Source: a virus
DNA: 64,000 bases
IMG/VR virus record: IMGVR_UViG_3300033146_004399
Location: 64,001 to 128,000 of that record
Direction: 5' to 3' (one strand)
Shown here: piece by piece, positions 63,555-64,000 of the stretch
Position numbering within the stretch: position 1 is the stretch's first letter
Layout: every line of letters starts with the position of its first letter
Made by a program: the position numbers and the translations under genes
Notes under the pieces: model-generated
What the model was told of the DNA's origin: nothing
What the model saw: only the letters and a program-made list of their open reading frames with translations
The model's database searches: none

Positions 63555-64000
63555 ATGAAAAACGTTTGCATTGGAATTGACCTTGGTACTACAAATTCAT
63601 GTGTTGCTGTAATGGATGGTAAAGAACCCATCGTGATACAGAATGCTGAAGGCCAAAGAACAACACCATCAATAGTTGCATTTACAGCTAAGGGCGAAAA
63701 ATTAACTGGACAACCAGCGAAGAATCAGATTATTACAAATCCAGAAAATACAATTTATTCTGCTAAAAGATTTATAGGCAGAAAATTTTCTGAAGTTAAA
63801 GAAGAAATTGATATGATTCCTTACAAAGTTGTAAGCGGAAGTGGCTCAAGTGCGCGTATGCTTGTACATGATAAAGAAGTATCTCCTCAAGAAATATCAG
63901 CAGCAGTCTTACAGAAAATGAAAAAAACAGCAGAAGACTATTTAGGAGAAAAAGTAACTGAAGCCGTTATTACTGTTCCAGCTTATTTTAATGACGAGCA
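63555..64000 (+). CDS. dnaK: Molecular chaperone DnaK/Hsp70 (3' truncated by window)
   Basis: [42 protein letters not shown]; missing from ORF track. Confidence 0.97.
   Translation, partial: MKNVCIGIDLGTTNSCVAVMDGKEPIVIQNAEGQRTTPSIVAFTAKGEKLTGQPAKNQIITNPENTIYSAKRFIGRKFSEVKEEIDMIPYKVVSGSGSSARMLVHDKEVSPQEISAAVLQKMKKTAEDYLGEKVTEAVITVPAYFNDE

Noticed and set aside
1-64000. CRISPR array
   Set aside because: No repeat-spacer periodicity seen; tandem repeats found are in-frame VNTRs or one exact duplication; no cas genes.
1-64000. Genome-wide TAG-to-Gln recoding (code 15)
   Set aside because: Long conserved genes (terL, rtcB, fibres, clpP) are intact under the standard code with no internal TAG, and several genes appear to end at TAG.
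63160-64000. Window is bacterial chromosome or a prophage boundary at hsp20-dnaK
   Set aside because: Host-like genes are scattered among phage genes, the same AAGATAA motif precedes hsp20, and there is no integrase or att site; not fully excluded because the window ends here.

Overview
AT-rich, gene-dense 64-kb segment of a large (probably jumbo) tailed dsDNA phage genome. It has a T4-type terminase large subunit, virion fibre and appendage genes, six free-standing homing-type endonucleases plus an HNH nuclease, and many short accessory ORFs. Host-like genes include clpP, a dnaJ-type co-chaperone, hsp20, partial dnaK, a stand-alone response regulator and a decayed Hpt gene. Counter-defence or RNA-repair candidates are rtcB, an ATP-dependent RNA ligase, a nucleotidyltransferase, an HD hydrolase and an Apyc1-like metallo-beta-lactamase. 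A spirochaete-like lipobox weakly hints at a spirochaete host (inference). Most notable: (1) a 2157-aa fibre whose repeats are mirror-nested, with seven first halves, one intact central domain and seven second halves in reverse order; (2) an 8-kb appendage cassette of repeated adaptor/fibre/tip units, where six genes in the window share a ~28-aa MAFPTSP N-terminal module fused to unrelated tip folds and two fibres end in a similar module; (3) an unannotated tRNA with a CTA (amber) anticodon plus four small ORFs with in-frame TAG; (4) two recurrent upstream motifs, TTGGnn-N16-TATAAT (9 copies, 4 overlapped by a 14-bp palindrome) and AAGATAA (17 copies). No CRISPR array, reverse transcriptase or integrase was seen. 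All calls come from motif recognition by eye, without database searches.
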